From contig CAVRDX010000004.1 in assembly GCA_963719945.1 (NCBI GenBank), positions 334,402 through 398,401 on the forward strand: DNA of 64,000 nucleotides. The letters run 5' to 3'. Source of the stretch: an uncultured Thermoplasmata archaeon (lineage in GTDB: Archaea; Thermoplasmatota; Thermoplasmata; UBA10834). A model generated the notes under the pieces. The model saw only the letters and a list, made by a program, of their open reading frames with translations. It had not been told where the DNA came from and did not search any database. How positions within the stretch are numbered: position 1 is the first letter of the stretch; each line of letters starts with the position of its first letter. Shown here piece after piece: positions 17,937 to 28,089 of this stretch. The translations under genes were made by a program, and so were the position numbers.

Positions 17937-19088
17937 ATGATAGCAGAACGCATACAACGTGTGAAAGAGTCAGGCACGATGAAGATGAAGGAGCTGGCCG
18001 GCCAGAAGAAGGCAGAGGGCAAGAAGATCATCTCCTTCACCGTCGGAGAGCCGGATTTCGACACCCCAAAACACATAGTAGAGGCAGCGAAGAAGGCATT
18101 GGACGAGGGCAAGACAAGGTACCTCGACGGTCCCGGACTGCCTGCGCTCAGAGAGGCGATCGCCAAGAGGAGCAAGGCAAATAACGGCATCCCGTGCGAG
18201 ACCTCTAATGTTCTAGTCACGCCTACGAAGCAAGCCATGTTCGAGACGATCATGGCTACCATCAACCCGGGAGAAGAGATGATAATGCCGGACCCTGCCT
18301 GGGTGTCTTACGAGCCTGCCTGCGCACTCGCAGGCGGAAAGGCGGTACCAGTGACGACCAAGGAAGAGACCGAGTGGAGGGTGCTTCCCGAGGATGTCGC
18401 TGAGCTGATCACTCCGAAGACGAAGATGATTCTGTTGAACTCACCATCTAACCCCTGCGGGTCCATCGCTACCAAGGAAGACGTCAAGGGAATCGCGGAC
18501 CTCGCGAAGGACCACGACCTCGTCGTGTTGTCCGATGAGGTTTATGAGAACATCGTGTTCGACGGGCACAAGCACTACTCCATCGCAGCAGAGCCCGGGA
18601 TGTTCGACCGCACGGTCACGATAAGCGGATTCTCGAAGACCTATGCCATGACCGGCTGGAGACTGGGCTGGCTGGTCGCACCGAAGCCGTTGTTCAAAGC
18701 CATCAGCAAGATCCAGCAGCACTCGATCACGCACGCCACGACATTCGCACAGTACGGCGGGCTCGCGGGGCTGACGGAGTCGCAGGACTGCGTGAAGGCG
18801 ATGGTCAAGGAGTTCAGCGAGCGCAGGGACCTCATCATAAAACTCATGAAGGAGATACCCCAGCTGCACTGCGACACTCCGAAAGGCGCGTTCTATGTGT
18901 TCCCCAGATACGAGGGGGACAAGGACACGATGGAGATGGCGCTGTACCTGATGGACAAGGCAGAGGTCGCGGTCACGGGCGGTGAGGCGTTCGGTGAGGC
19001 GGGCAAGCAGCACCTGAGGATCTCATACGCCACGGGCAAGAAGAACATCGAGATCGGCATGGAGCGCATCAAGAAAGCGCTGGCCTGA
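17937..19088 (+). CDS. class I/II PLP aminotransferase (aspartate aminotransferase-like)
   Basis: LNSPSNPCG and the PLP-lysine motif SGFSKTYAMTGWRLGW. Start placed at MIAERIQ (ATG 17937). Confidence 0.9.
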   Translation: MIAERIQRVKESGTMKMKELAGQKKAEGKKIISFTVGEPDFDTPKHIVEAAKKALDEGKTRYLDGPGLPALREAIAKRSKANNGIPCETSNVLVTPTKQAMFETIMATINPGEEMIMPDPAWVSYEPACALAGGKAVPVTTKEETEWRVLPEDVAELITPKTKMILLNSPSNPCGSIATKEDVKGIADLAKDHDLVVLSDEVYENIVFDGHKHYSIAAEPGMFDRTVTISGFSKTYAMTGWRLGWLVAPKPLFKAISKIQQHSITHATTFAQYGGLAGLTESQDCVKAMVKEFSERRDLIIKLMKEIPQLHCDTPKGAFYVFPRYEGDKDTMEMALYLMDKAEVAVTGGEAFGEAGKQHLRISYATGKKNIEIGMERIKKALA

Positions 19089-19112
19089 TTCCGAACTCTG
19101 GCCAAACCCCTT

Positions 19113-19616
19113 CTATCTCAACTTTCTCGACGATTTCTTGTCCTTGCTCTTGACAACTTTCTTACGGACGACCTTCGGCTTCCCTGCTATCATTTCCTTG
19201 GCCGGGTACTTGTCGAGGTCCATCCTCTTCATGATCATGTGGGGTTTGAATCCCATCTGGCCCCAGGCAGCCCTCGCCTCGAAGTTCGCGGCGGCGACGC
19301 TCAGATTGGCCGTCCTGACCTTGTTCTTGTAGAACCATTTGAGACAGATCTTGAGCATCTCCCTCGTGATGCCCTTCTTCCGCAGCTCAGGTTTCACATA
19401 TGCATCTGAGATGGTCCCCAAGGTCTTCTCTTTGAAGATGGGTGCGTTCGGCGACAGCATGCAGAGCATGAAACCGACGATCTCATCGCCCTGCTCGGCC
19501 ACCACCAGTTTCGTGCTCTTCTCGGAGAACTTCTTTGAAACGTAATCGGACCATTTCTTGCGGCCGTCCTCTGCCGGAAGGAAGTGGATCGAGAGATCAG
19601 AATGATGTGCGACCAA
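19113..19616 (-). CDS. GNAT N-acetyltransferase with Lys-rich C-terminal tail; true start probably upstream
   Basis: Acetyl-CoA motif region VKPELRKKGITREML. Tail: GKPKVVRKKVVKSKDKKSSRKLR. The only canonical start is TTG 19616, but the frame stays open and GNAT-like (KIEIREARKEDLEQVVDLWEEL) up to 19712. Confidence 0.7.
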   Translation of the reverse strand: MVAHHSDLSIHFLPAEDGRKKWSDYVSKKFSEKSTKLVVAEQGDEIVGFMLCMLSPNAPIFKEKTLGTISDAYVKPELRKKGITREMLKICLKWFYKNKVRTANLSVAAANFEARAAWGQMGFKPHMIMKRMDLDKYPAKEMIAGKPKVVRKKVVKSKDKKSSRKLR

Positions 19617-19738
19617 TTCCTCCCAGAGGTCTACGACCTGCTCTAGGTCCTCCTTGCGCGCTTCGCGTATCTCTATCTTAGTCCGAGCTATATTCTCACC
19701 TGCTGCTCCTGGTTATGCAGCGATGTGATTCATGCCAC

Positions 19739-21307
19739 TTAAAGCCTGATGTAGGTGGCGGAGGTCAGGTCAGTGATCGCCTTGACCTTCTCGAGCACTT
19801 CGGGTGATACGGACTCGTCTATCTCGAGGATCATCATCGCCGGCCCTCTGGTCTCCTGTCTGGCGACTTCCATGCTCGCGATGTTGACATCATTGTCTCC
19901 GAGCACGGTGCCCACCTTTCCGATCATACCTGGCTTGTCCATGTGCGATATGAGCAGCAGGTTTCCTTCAGGCACGATGTCCACTTTGTTGCCGTCTATC
20001 TCCACGAGTCTGGGGCCCTTGTCCGCGATGAGCGAGCCTGCCACGGAGGTCGTGTGGCTGTTCGTGTGCATCGTGACCCTTATCAGGTTCTTGAACGGGC
20101 CAGCGTCATCCGAGGTCGATGTGACGATCTCTATGCCCCTCGTCTTCGCGAAGTTGAGGGCGTTGATGTAGTTGACATTGAACTCTTCGGATATGGGGTT
20201 CAGCAGCCCGGTGACGACGGAAGCGGCTATTATCTTCGTATCCTTCTGTGCCAGCTCCCCTCTGCACGATATCTCCACTTTGCCCGTCCCGCACTTGCCC
20301 AGCTGGCATATGAATGTGCCCAGCGCCTCGGCCAGAGGCATGTACGGCACTATCTCCGGGTCGAGCTTTGCCGGCAGGTTGACCGCGTTCTTGATCACAT
20401 TGTCTTCCAGGTACGCGATGACCTGCTCCGCGATCTCGGAGCCCACATCCTCCTGAGCCTCGTTCGTGGTGGCTCCGAGGTGCGGTGTGAGCACGACGTT
20501 GTTCAGGGTGAGCAACTTAGAACCCTTCGGTGGCTCCTCGGAATAGACATCCAGAGCGGCACCGGCTATCCTTCCTTCGGAGAGTATCTCGTAGAGTGCG
20601 TCCTCGTTCACGACGCCCCCTCTCGCGCAGTTGATGAGCATGGCGCTCTTCTTCATGTGGGACAGCTCGGTCTTTCCGAGCAGGTCCTTCGTCTGTGGTG
20701 TGAGTGGGGTATGGAGCGATACGAAATCCGATTCCTCGAGGAGCCGGTCCAATGTGACGAGCCTCACATGCAGCTTGATGCCCACTTCAGGGGACACGAG
20801 CGGGTCGTACGCGATGACCTTCATGCCCAAGGCGCCTGCGCGTCTGGACACTTCAGCACCGACTCTCCCGAGTCCGATTATGCCGAGCGTCTTGCCTGAG
20901 ACCTGCAGTCCCTTGAGCTCCTTCCTCTTCCACTCCCCCTTCTTCATGGAGGCGTCCGCTTCCGCTATCTTCCTCGCAAGAGCGAATATGAGTCCTATGG
21001 TGAGTTCAGCGGTCGATATGACGTTACCTGATGGTGCGATCATTACGAGTATCCCGCCCTCGGTCGCCGCCGGCACATCCACATTGTCTATGCCTATGCC
21101 GGCTCTTCCGATGACCTTCAATTTAGATGCCTTGATGATATTCTTCGTCACCTTGGTCGCGCTTCTGACTAGGATCACGTCGTAGTCCTTGATGATCTTT
21201 ATCAGTTCGTCTTCTTTCAGGCCAGTCTTAACGTCTACCTTGTAGCCCTTGGCCTTCAGCATGTCCACGCCGCTCTTTGAAATCTCGTCTGCGACGAGTA
21301 CTCTCAT
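19739..21307 (-). CDS. serA: D-3-phosphoglycerate dehydrogenase (long form with ACT domain)
   Basis: GRAGIGIDNVD, NAD motif GIIGLGRVG, LINCARGG, and a C-terminal ACT-like segment. Confidence 0.92.
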   Translation of the reverse strand: MRVLVADEISKSGVDMLKAKGYKVDVKTGLKEDELIKIIKDYDVILVRSATKVTKNIIKASKLKVIGRAGIGIDNVDVPAATEGGILVMIAPSGNVISTAELTIGLIFALARKIAEADASMKKGEWKRKELKGLQVSGKTLGIIGLGRVGAEVSRRAGALGMKVIAYDPLVSPEVGIKLHVRLVTLDRLLEESDFVSLHTPLTPQTKDLLGKTELSHMKKSAMLINCARGGVVNEDALYEILSEGRIAGAALDVYSEEPPKGSKLLTLNNVVLTPHLGATTNEAQEDVGSEIAEQVIAYLEDNVIKNAVNLPAKLDPEIVPYMPLAEALGTFICQLGKCGTGKVEISCRGELAQKDTKIIAASVVTGLLNPISEEFNVNYINALNFAKTRGIEIVTSTSDDAGPFKNLIRVTMHTNSHTTSVAGSLIADKGPRLVEIDGNKVDIVPEGNLLLISHMDKPGMIGKVGTVLGDNDVNIASMEVARQETRGPAMMILEIDESVSPEVLEKVKAITDLTSATYIRL

Positions 21308-21512
21308 CTAGGTCACCCTCTCTTCGCCAAATCTATTCGGCAAAATGGGAACTGAGACTCCCCAATATCAATGTGTTGGACGTAGCCAGCGTTCAAGTGT
21401 TCCTTTTTGTGCTATGATATGGCGCATCGTGTCGAACAGTGATTGCAGGATGACGCTATTCGAATGCGCGCCCCCGTCACTTTCGGTTCTGCGTTTTTCC
21501 AACATAACCCCT

Positions 21513-21519
21513 ATATATC
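21513..21519 (+). promoter_or_regulatory. candidate TATA box
   Basis: TATATAT lies about 30 nt upstream of ATG 21549. Confidence 0.4.
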
Positions 21520-21548
21520 TACCGTATGTTGTGGAGAGGTGGAGTTCA

Positions 21549-22019
21549 ATGCCCGCGATAAAGCGTCGAGCCTCGATCAATTGTAAGCTCAGTGACGCTT
21601 TCGAGTATGTCGCAGACTGGAGGAATTTCGCCAACTACATACCGATGTTCGTCAAGATCGAGCCGACCAGTCTCGTACAATATGGTCCTGGTACCTCCCT
21701 GGACATGACCATGATGCTAGGTACGCGAGTCGTCATGACTACCACTCTTGACGTAGTCGAATTTCTGAAGAACAGGCTCATCGTCATGAAGTCCCATCGG
21801 GGCATAAGGACCAAGACGAGATGGGAGTTCAAGGACATCGGCGGAAAGATACTGGCCACACTCGATTTCGAATTCGAGCTTCCGACCGGGTTGACTCTCA
21901 GGGAAGGCGAGATAAACATGCTGGAGAAGGATCTGGAAGATTCCTGGGCCAAGAGCCTGGATATGCTGAAATGGATCCTAGAATCGCAGCCGCCCAGCCC
22001 CGATGAAGACGATTATTGA
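21549..22019 (+). CDS. SRPBCC-superfamily (polyketide cyclase/START-like) protein
   Basis: MPAIKRRASINCKLSDAFEYVADWRNFANYIPMF resembles an SRPBCC N-terminus. The upstream 68 codons of the track ORF cross the promoter and are rejected. Confidence 0.55.
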   Translation: MPAIKRRASINCKLSDAFEYVADWRNFANYIPMFVKIEPTSLVQYGPGTSLDMTMMLGTRVVMTTTLDVVEFLKNRLIVMKSHRGIRTKTRWEFKDIGGKILATLDFEFELPTGLTLREGEINMLEKDLEDSWAKSLDMLKWILESQPPSPDEDDY

Positions 22020-22021
22020 GT

Positions 22022-22201
22022 TCATGCGCCTGGAGGCAACATGTTCGGTATGCCGTCCTCTATTGGGTAATCGATCTTGCACTTGGCGCATCTGATGCTC
22101 CCCGCGAGCACTTCCTTGGCGTCCTCCTTGTCTATCTTGAGCTCGAGCGGATGGTGCTTGCAGACGGGGCATGCGAGTATGTCCATGAGGTTCTTCTTCA
22201 T
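22022..22201 (-). CDS. trm112: Trm112-family zinc-ribbon protein
   Basis: 59-codon ORF missing from the track: [59 protein letters not shown]. It carries CPxC...CxxC...YPIxDGIPxxL, the Trm112/DUF343 signature. Confidence 0.75.
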   Translation of the reverse strand: MKKNLMDILACPVCKHHPLELKIDKEDAKEVLAGSIRCAKCKIDYPIEDGIPNMLPPGA

Positions 22202-22300
22202 ACCTTACACCAGGACTGTATGGTGAAGTGATAATAAGTCTTTCACGGAGAAGACTGTCCTTGCCAAGGATTAATAATGCGGTATGGGGATTTGCTGCGC

Positions 22301-23278
22301 ATGCGCATAGGGGTCATAGGCGTCGGTTCGATGGGCCAGAACCATGCGAGGATCCTGGCGGACATGGGTCTTCTGGCTGGTGTCTCGGATATCTCGCCCG
22401 AGGCGGCGAAGAAGGTGGGCGACAGGTATTCGGTCCCTCACATGACCAATTACTCCGATCTTCTCAAGGCAGACATCGATGCCGTGGTGGTCGTGACGCC
22501 CACGACCACGCACAAGAAGGTTGCATCGAGTGCGTTGCGCGCGGGGAAGCACGTGCTTCTCGAGAAGCCGATGACCGGCTCGTCCAAGGACCTCGTGGAA
22601 TTGAACCGCCAGGCCTCGCGTTCCAAACTCGTTCTGGCAGGCGGTTTCGTCGAGAGGCACAATCCTGTCGTATCGTTCGCCAAGACCAGTCTTCAGAAGG
22701 GTGATTTCGGTACGCTCATCACTGCTGCGACCAGGCGCGTGTCCTCGCTGCCTACTAGGATAAGGGACATCGGCGTGGTCATGGACCTGGGCATACACGA
22801 CATGGATGTCGTGCAGCACGTGGTCGGCGAGCGCGCACTGTCCGTGTACGCCCTCGGCGGGACTGGCAAAGGTATCAAGTTCGAGGACCACGCGAACATA
22901 TTGATAGATTTCGAGAAGGGCGCGACTGGGTTCATAGAGGTCAATTGGCTCACTCCGATGAAGGTGAGGAAGCTCGCCCTGACCTGCGACAAGAACTTCG
23001 TCGAGGTGGATTATATGGATCAGAGCGTTCAGGTCTGCTCGTCCACATTCAAGCCTTTCGAATCGGGCAACCTGTTCAATGTGCCGCTCGAGTTCGACCT
23101 GAGGCGTATCGCCCTAAGGAAGGAAGAGCCGCTCAGACGGGAGCTCAACGATTTCATATCCGCCATTAATGATGGCAAGGACCCGCTCGTCACAGGTGAG
23201 AGCGCTGTCCACACCCTGAAGATCGCAGAGGCTGCCCTTAGATCCATGAAGTCCGGACGGAAGGAACTGGTGCGCTGA
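22301..23278 (+). CDS. Gfo/Idh/MocA-family NAD(P) oxidoreductase (WbpB-like nucleotide-sugar dehydrogenase candidate)
   Basis: MRIGVIGVGSMGQNH Rossmann motif and HVLLEKPM. Sits next to an epimerase and a UDP-sugar 6-dehydrogenase. Confidence 0.8.
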   Translation: MRIGVIGVGSMGQNHARILADMGLLAGVSDISPEAAKKVGDRYSVPHMTNYSDLLKADIDAVVVVTPTTTHKKVASSALRAGKHVLLEKPMTGSSKDLVELNRQASRSKLVLAGGFVERHNPVVSFAKTSLQKGDFGTLITAATRRVSSLPTRIRDIGVVMDLGIHDMDVVQHVVGERALSVYALGGTGKGIKFEDHANILIDFEKGATGFIEVNWLTPMKVRKLALTCDKNFVEVDYMDQSVQVCSSTFKPFESGNLFNVPLEFDLRRIALRKEEPLRRELNDFISAINDGKDPLVTGESAVHTLKIAEAALRSMKSGRKELVR

Positions 23279-23326
23279 TAGGTGGTATATTCAGATGGTC
23301 TCGTTCATGCTCAGGCCGGTGGCTCA

Positions 23327-24223
23327 ATGAAGGTGCTCGTCACTGGATCGTCAGGTCAGCTAGGGTCTTACGTGTGCGAGCTGCTGCTGGATAGACACGA
23401 GGTCTCCGGTATCGACAACAGGCCAGCGGTCTATGATTCCGTGAAGTCGCTCACCAGGAAGGGAGACATCCGCAGGATGGGTGATGTGGAGTCCATCATG
23501 GCCGGCGTGGATGTGGTCGTGCACTGTGCCGCGCAGGTGAGCGTAGAACGCTCGACCGAGGACCCCATCGCCGACGCAGAGACGAACGTCATGGGGACCA
23601 TCAACCTGCTTCATGCCGCATCCAGAGCCGATGTGTCTCGTTTCATATACATCAGCAGCGCAGCGGTATACGGCAACCCACTCAGGACACCTATCGACGA
23701 GTCTCATCCGACAGAGCCGATGAGCAACTACGGTGCCAGCAAACTGTCCGGCGAGAAGTTCTCCCTGGCCTTCGCTCACACGACTTCTATGGAGACAGTC
23801 GTGATCCGTCCGTTCAATTTCTATTCGGAGAGGGCTGATCCCAAGAGCCCTTACTCCGGAGTGATAACGAAGTTCGTGGCTCGCGTTCGCGCTGGCGACC
23901 CGCCTGTGATAGAAGGCGATGGCACGCAGACCAGGGATTTCATACACGCTCGTGATGTAGCCCGCATGGTCGAGATGACCCTGGACAAGAAGGGGATATC
24001 AGGCCTCGTCATGAACTGTGGTTCGGGATCGTCCACGAGCATCGCTGACCTGGCGAATCTGACAATCGCGGCCTCTGGGAAGCCAGATCTCAAGCCGGAG
24101 TTCGTCGCTCCGCGCAAGGGAGACATAAAACACAGCCTGGCAGATGCGCGACTAGCAAGAGAGAGGCTGGGCTTCGGCACAAAGGTGTCCATGAGGGACG
24201 GCATCGCGGAACTTCTCAACTGA
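23327..24223 (+). CDS. NAD-dependent nucleotide-sugar epimerase/dehydratase (SDR)
   Basis: MKVLVTGSSGQLGS and the catalytic YGASK (YxxxK). Confidence 0.9.
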   Translation: MKVLVTGSSGQLGSYVCELLLDRHEVSGIDNRPAVYDSVKSLTRKGDIRRMGDVESIMAGVDVVVHCAAQVSVERSTEDPIADAETNVMGTINLLHAASRADVSRFIYISSAAVYGNPLRTPIDESHPTEPMSNYGASKLSGEKFSLAFAHTTSMETVVIRPFNFYSERADPKSPYSGVITKFVARVRAGDPPVIEGDGTQTRDFIHARDVARMVEMTLDKKGISGLVMNCGSGSSTSIADLANLTIAASGKPDLKPEFVAPRKGDIKHSLADARLARERLGFGTKVSMRDGIAELLN

Positions 24224-25526
24224 GCCTCTTGCCTATGCCGGAATATGCGATTCCAGCCTTCTTCATCTTCTCAGTCGAGAAGATGTTTCTCCCATCCACC
24301 ACCCTCGGTGTACTCATGAGCTTCTTCATTGCGGCCGGTGTGATCCTCGCGTATTGGCTGTGCGCTACCATGAATATGGCGATGTCCGCGCCTTCGAGCG
24401 CGCTCCTGAGGTCGCTGACCACTTCGACCCCGTCGATCTCTGAGACATAAGGGTCGTGGACCGTGAGCTTCGCGCAGCTTCTGAACGCGCTCATGACGGG
24501 TATCGTCGGCGAGTTCCTGATATCTCCGCTCTCCTGTAGGAACGATGCTCCGAGGATCGTCACGCAGGCATCGCGCTTCTCTATCTTTGCGTCGGCGAGC
24601 ATCTTCATGGCGAGGTCAACGATGTGCAGTGGCATGCCCTCGTTCACCTCCCTGGCGATCGGTATCAGCTTCGGCTTCGCTGCCTTGCCCCCGTGGACAA
24701 GCAGCCACGGGTCCTTGGGGAGGCAATGTCCTCCGACCCCCGCTCCAGGAACGTGCATGTCCCTGAACGGACACGAGTTCACGAGGCGCCTGACCTCGAA
24801 CGCGTCGATGTCCAGCGCTTCACACATGAGCGCGACCTCGTTCGCGAACGCGATCTGCACATCCCTGTATGTGTTCTCCGTCGTCTTGACGACCTCTGCG
24901 GTCGTCAGGTCGGTCGGGTGCAGCTTGCCTTTCATGATGCGCGAGTAAATGGAACTGGCCCTTGCGATGCTCTGCTTGTCCAGCCCTCCGAGCACTCTAT
25001 CGTAGTTCCTCAGATTATAGAGCAATCGTCCTGGCATCACCCTCTCCGGGCAGTGGGCCAACTTGAAATCCTTTCCCATCTTCATCTTCTTCGATCGTTC
25101 CAAGGCCGGTGCGACCACGTTCATCATGGTGCCTGGAGCGATGGTAGATTCGATGATGACCAGGGTGCCCTTCCGCATGTTCTCCCCTATGCTCGTCATT
25201 GCCGCTATCAACTTCGAGTTGTTGGGCTTGTGCGATTCATTGATGGGCGTGTCGACGCAGACGAATATCGCGTCCCTGTCGGAGCACATGGAGAAATCGG
25301 TGGAGGCTCTGAGCTTGCCCTTCGCGACGGCCTTCGCTAGGAGTTCGTCGAGTTCGGGCTCGTCCCCTTTCAGCGGAAACACACCCTCGTTGATCTTCAT
25401 CGCGCGCTCCGCGGAGACGTCTATGCCTACGACATCGAAACCCTTGTCCGCCAGAAGGACGGAGAGTGGAATGCCGACATAGCCCAGGCCCACAATCGCC
25501 AATTTCTCTTTTGGCATCGGATGCAC
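24216..25526 (-). CDS. UDP-sugar 6-dehydrogenase (UDP-ManNAc/UDP-GlcNAc dehydrogenase, WecC/WbpA-like)
   Basis: LAIVGLGYVGIPLS, catalytic GVGGHCLPKDP and DGRN near the C-terminus. The 3' end overlaps the epimerase by 8 nt. Confidence 0.9.
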   Translation of the reverse strand: MHPMPKEKLAIVGLGYVGIPLSVLLADKGFDVVGIDVSAERAMKINEGVFPLKGDEPELDELLAKAVAKGKLRASTDFSMCSDRDAIFVCVDTPINESHKPNNSKLIAAMTSIGENMRKGTLVIIESTIAPGTMMNVVAPALERSKKMKMGKDFKLAHCPERVMPGRLLYNLRNYDRVLGGLDKQSIARASSIYSRIMKGKLHPTDLTTAEVVKTTENTYRDVQIAFANEVALMCEALDIDAFEVRRLVNSCPFRDMHVPGAGVGGHCLPKDPWLLVHGGKAAKPKLIPIAREVNEGMPLHIVDLAMKMLADAKIEKRDACVTILGASFLQESGDIRNSPTIPVMSAFRSCAKLTVHDPYVSEIDGVEVVSDLRSALEGADIAIFMVAHSQYARITPAAMKKLMSTPRVVDGRNIFSTEKMKKAGIAYSGIGKRLS

Positions 25527-25667
25527 AATCGCCGAGGAGTGTATAAGACTTTCTCAGCCTGGTCCAGGCCGTCTTCGAAGAACGGGTCCAGCACCATGGC
25601 CATGCGAGGAAAAATCAGAAATGAAAGGGATTTCGTAAGAGGTTTGAGTCTGATCTCCTTCAGCGAC

Positions 25668-28073
25668 CTACTGTGGTGGCCCAGGTTCCTCAGGTGGTGG
25701 CGCGTGGTGGGTCATGGTCTCGGGCCTCTTCGGCTTCGATCCCATCTTGCCCTTCGCGAACGGCACGACTATGAGCAACACTATCATGACCAATATCAGC
25801 ATCATGATGGTGAAGTCCGTCATGCTCATTCCGGCCACATCCTTCTCCCAGAGACCCTGGTCGGATTGCACGCTCATCGGCGTCCAATCGCTGGAGAGCC
25901 AAGCACCACTGACACCGTCGTATACAGTGGCCCAGACATCATAGCCTCCATCAGGTAGGTTCTGTGGCACCTCGATCGTGAATGTGCCGCTCGAAACAGT
26001 CGTCAGGAATGACCAGTCCTGGTCCTCCATGTCTGACGAGAACCATATCTCGTATACCGACAGCGGAGTCGCACCATTCGTCGTGATCGAATAGCCGAAG
26101 GTCACCACATCACCGGGCTCGAACGCTCCGGAGACGGTCTTAGAGCTGCTCTCGACCCAGATGCTGAGCATGTAGTCGTTCATCAGATAGACGGTCGCAC
26201 TTGCATCGACATTGTTGCCCAGTCCATCCTTCACCATTACAGTTGCTCTGTACCAGTTGGCCGGCTCTTCATCTGGGACTTGGTAGCTGAACGACCCGCT
26301 CTTCTGGAAGCTCAGAGCCGCCGAGGCGACTATGTCTCCCGAGTTGTCAGCGATCTCGTATGACAAAGACCCATTGGTCATTGCCGTGACAATCTGGTAG
26401 GTCCAGGTGACGATATCTCCGCCCGAATACATGTAGGTGCTAGGAGTGACTGCGAGATATGCCTTTTCGACATTCGCGTCATCCCAATTGCCCATCATGT
26501 AGCCGTTGACCATTGTGCCAGCCTCGACATATAGGCCACCGACATAGTCCGCCGGTATCTGGAAGACCACGCTGCTCATGTTCGTGTTGGCAGCCTCGAT
26601 GACCCCGTAGTCTCCTGAGATGATGTAGAAGATCGAGTTCTCGGTTATCTTGTCAACGCCCCAGTAGGTCTCGAATGTAACCGTCGCGCTCTGTCCGCTC
26701 CAGTAATCCTCAAGGTCAAAGCTGACTGCGAAGCTTCCATCCAATCCGACATCGAAGCTAGTCATCACGGTCATGGTGTTGCCTACCTTGGACACGGTCG
26801 CGGTTACGAGGTATGTGCCGGCATCTGCGTCCGTCGACAGAACGAACTCATGCTCGACCATTCCCTCGACGCCGGTCATGAGTTCGGTCGCACCGTACTC
26901 ATCCAGCTCGACACCGTTCTTCTCGACCATGATCTCTACCTCTGCATCAGGCAAAGGTTCTGACCAGGTGCTGACCACGTCAGCGGACACGCTCACGACG
27001 ACCTTCTCGCCTGCGAGGTACATCTCGCTATCAGTCTCGACAGACACATCCATCATGCCTACCGAGAAGCTGATGTATGCTTCCTGGGACCTGTCATCTG
27101 AATCGTTCGCCCAGAAGGATATCTCGTAATCGGAGGTCAGGTTGATTCTGGCTGGTATGGTGAAATCCTCCGTTCCGTAATAGCTGGGTGAGAGATCGCC
27201 GGTCGCGTTGATCTGGACACCAGTGTCGTTGAACCAGCTGGCGGTCCACTCGATCCCGACATCTGTGTAGAATGCCAGTGTGGCCAAGTCGACCACCATG
27301 TATTCCACGGTCACGCTCTCTCCGGGCAGGGCATATGACCTGTCCGAATCGATCATGAGCATGTACTTCATTACATCGAAGTAATCGTGGTACCATTCGA
27401 CATCCGTGACTTCCCACGTGACACTTATCCTGTACTCTCCATCCTTTGCGTCATCGGGAACAGTCCACACTTCGCTCCATACGCCTTCGTCATCGGCGGT
27501 CTGGAAGTCCCAGTGTTCGACCATGTGGTCGGTCTCGTTGGTTATCTCGACCCTGAATGCCTCGGTCTCACCGGTCAGGACGTTTATGGTCACTTCCTGT
27601 CCCGGGTAGTATTCGTACGAGGCCGGGTCAAGAGTCACGCCGCTCTTCTTTACTATGATCTGCGTGCTGGCAAATTCGACCCATCCGTATATCCCGTTGA
27701 CGAGCACGACGACATCGCATACCGTCATGTCTCCATCAATCCATACATCAGCGGTCAGCCACTCGCCGACATCAGAGCTGTTGTAATATCCATCGACTGG
27801 CTCGTTCGAGATCGCGTACAGATTGTCCTCGATCCATCCCTCTTGGCTGACAAGGTTAACCCTTATGTTGTCCGCCGTCAACGCGCCATCGTAGTAGAGT
27901 TCGACGTTCACATATACATGGTCGCCCTGGAAGAACACGTCTTTCAGTTCGCCAGAATCGTCTGTCGTCTGCACAGAGCCTGTGTAGTATATCTCTCCCT
28001 TAGTGGGGACAGAGACGAAAACCACAGCGACCATGCACAGCGCCAGCGCTATACTCAGAATCCTATTTTTCAT
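25668..28073 (-). CDS. 801-aa membrane-anchored surface (S-layer-like) glycoprotein built of seven beta-sandwich repeats
   Basis: Signal peptide MKNRILSIALALCMVAVVFVSV. Seven repeats start with [YF]xxG[DEQ]xVxV (FFQGDHVYV, YYPGQEVTI, ALPGESVTV, YLAGEKVVV, YWSGQSATV, MYSGGDIVT, FEPGDVVTF) and end with GxYxVxV. At least eight NxS/T sequons. C-terminal TM helix plus a Pro-rich tail. Confidence 0.8.
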   Translation of the reverse strand: MKNRILSIALALCMVAVVFVSVPTKGEIYYTGSVQTTDDSGELKDVFFQGDHVYVNVELYYDGALTADNIRVNLVSQEGWIEDNLYAISNEPVDGYYNSSDVGEWLTADVWIDGDMTVCDVVVLVNGIYGWVEFASTQIIVKKSGVTLDPASYEYYPGQEVTINVLTGETEAFRVEITNETDHMVEHWDFQTADDEGVWSEVWTVPDDAKDGEYRISVTWEVTDVEWYHDYFDVMKYMLMIDSDRSYALPGESVTVEYMVVDLATLAFYTDVGIEWTASWFNDTGVQINATGDLSPSYYGTEDFTIPARINLTSDYEISFWANDSDDRSQEAYISFSVGMMDVSVETDSEMYLAGEKVVVSVSADVVSTWSEPLPDAEVEIMVEKNGVELDEYGATELMTGVEGMVEHEFVLSTDADAGTYLVTATVSKVGNTMTVMTSFDVGLDGSFAVSFDLEDYWSGQSATVTFETYWGVDKITENSIFYIISGDYGVIEAANTNMSSVVFQIPADYVGGLYVEAGTMVNGYMMGNWDDANVEKAYLAVTPSTYMYSGGDIVTWTYQIVTAMTNGSLSYEIADNSGDIVASAALSFQKSGSFSYQVPDEEPANWYRATVMVKDGLGNNVDASATVYLMNDYMLSIWVESSSKTVSGAFEPGDVVTFGYSITTNGATPLSVYEIWFSSDMEDQDWSFLTTVSSGTFTIEVPQNLPDGGYDVWATVYDGVSGAWLSSDWTPMSVQSDQGLWEKDVAGMSMTDFTIMMLILVMIVLLIVVPFAKGKMGSKPKRPETMTHHAPPPEEPGPPQ

Positions 28074-28089
28074 GGGCTATCCCATCCAA

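Noticed and set aside
17807-18265. 5' extension of the AIR-synthase-related ORF (the track gives 16808..18265).
   Set aside because: The extension overlaps the well-supported aminotransferase gene and its promoter and has junk-like hydrophobic content. Family similarity begins at MPLQTGKLPP (17806).
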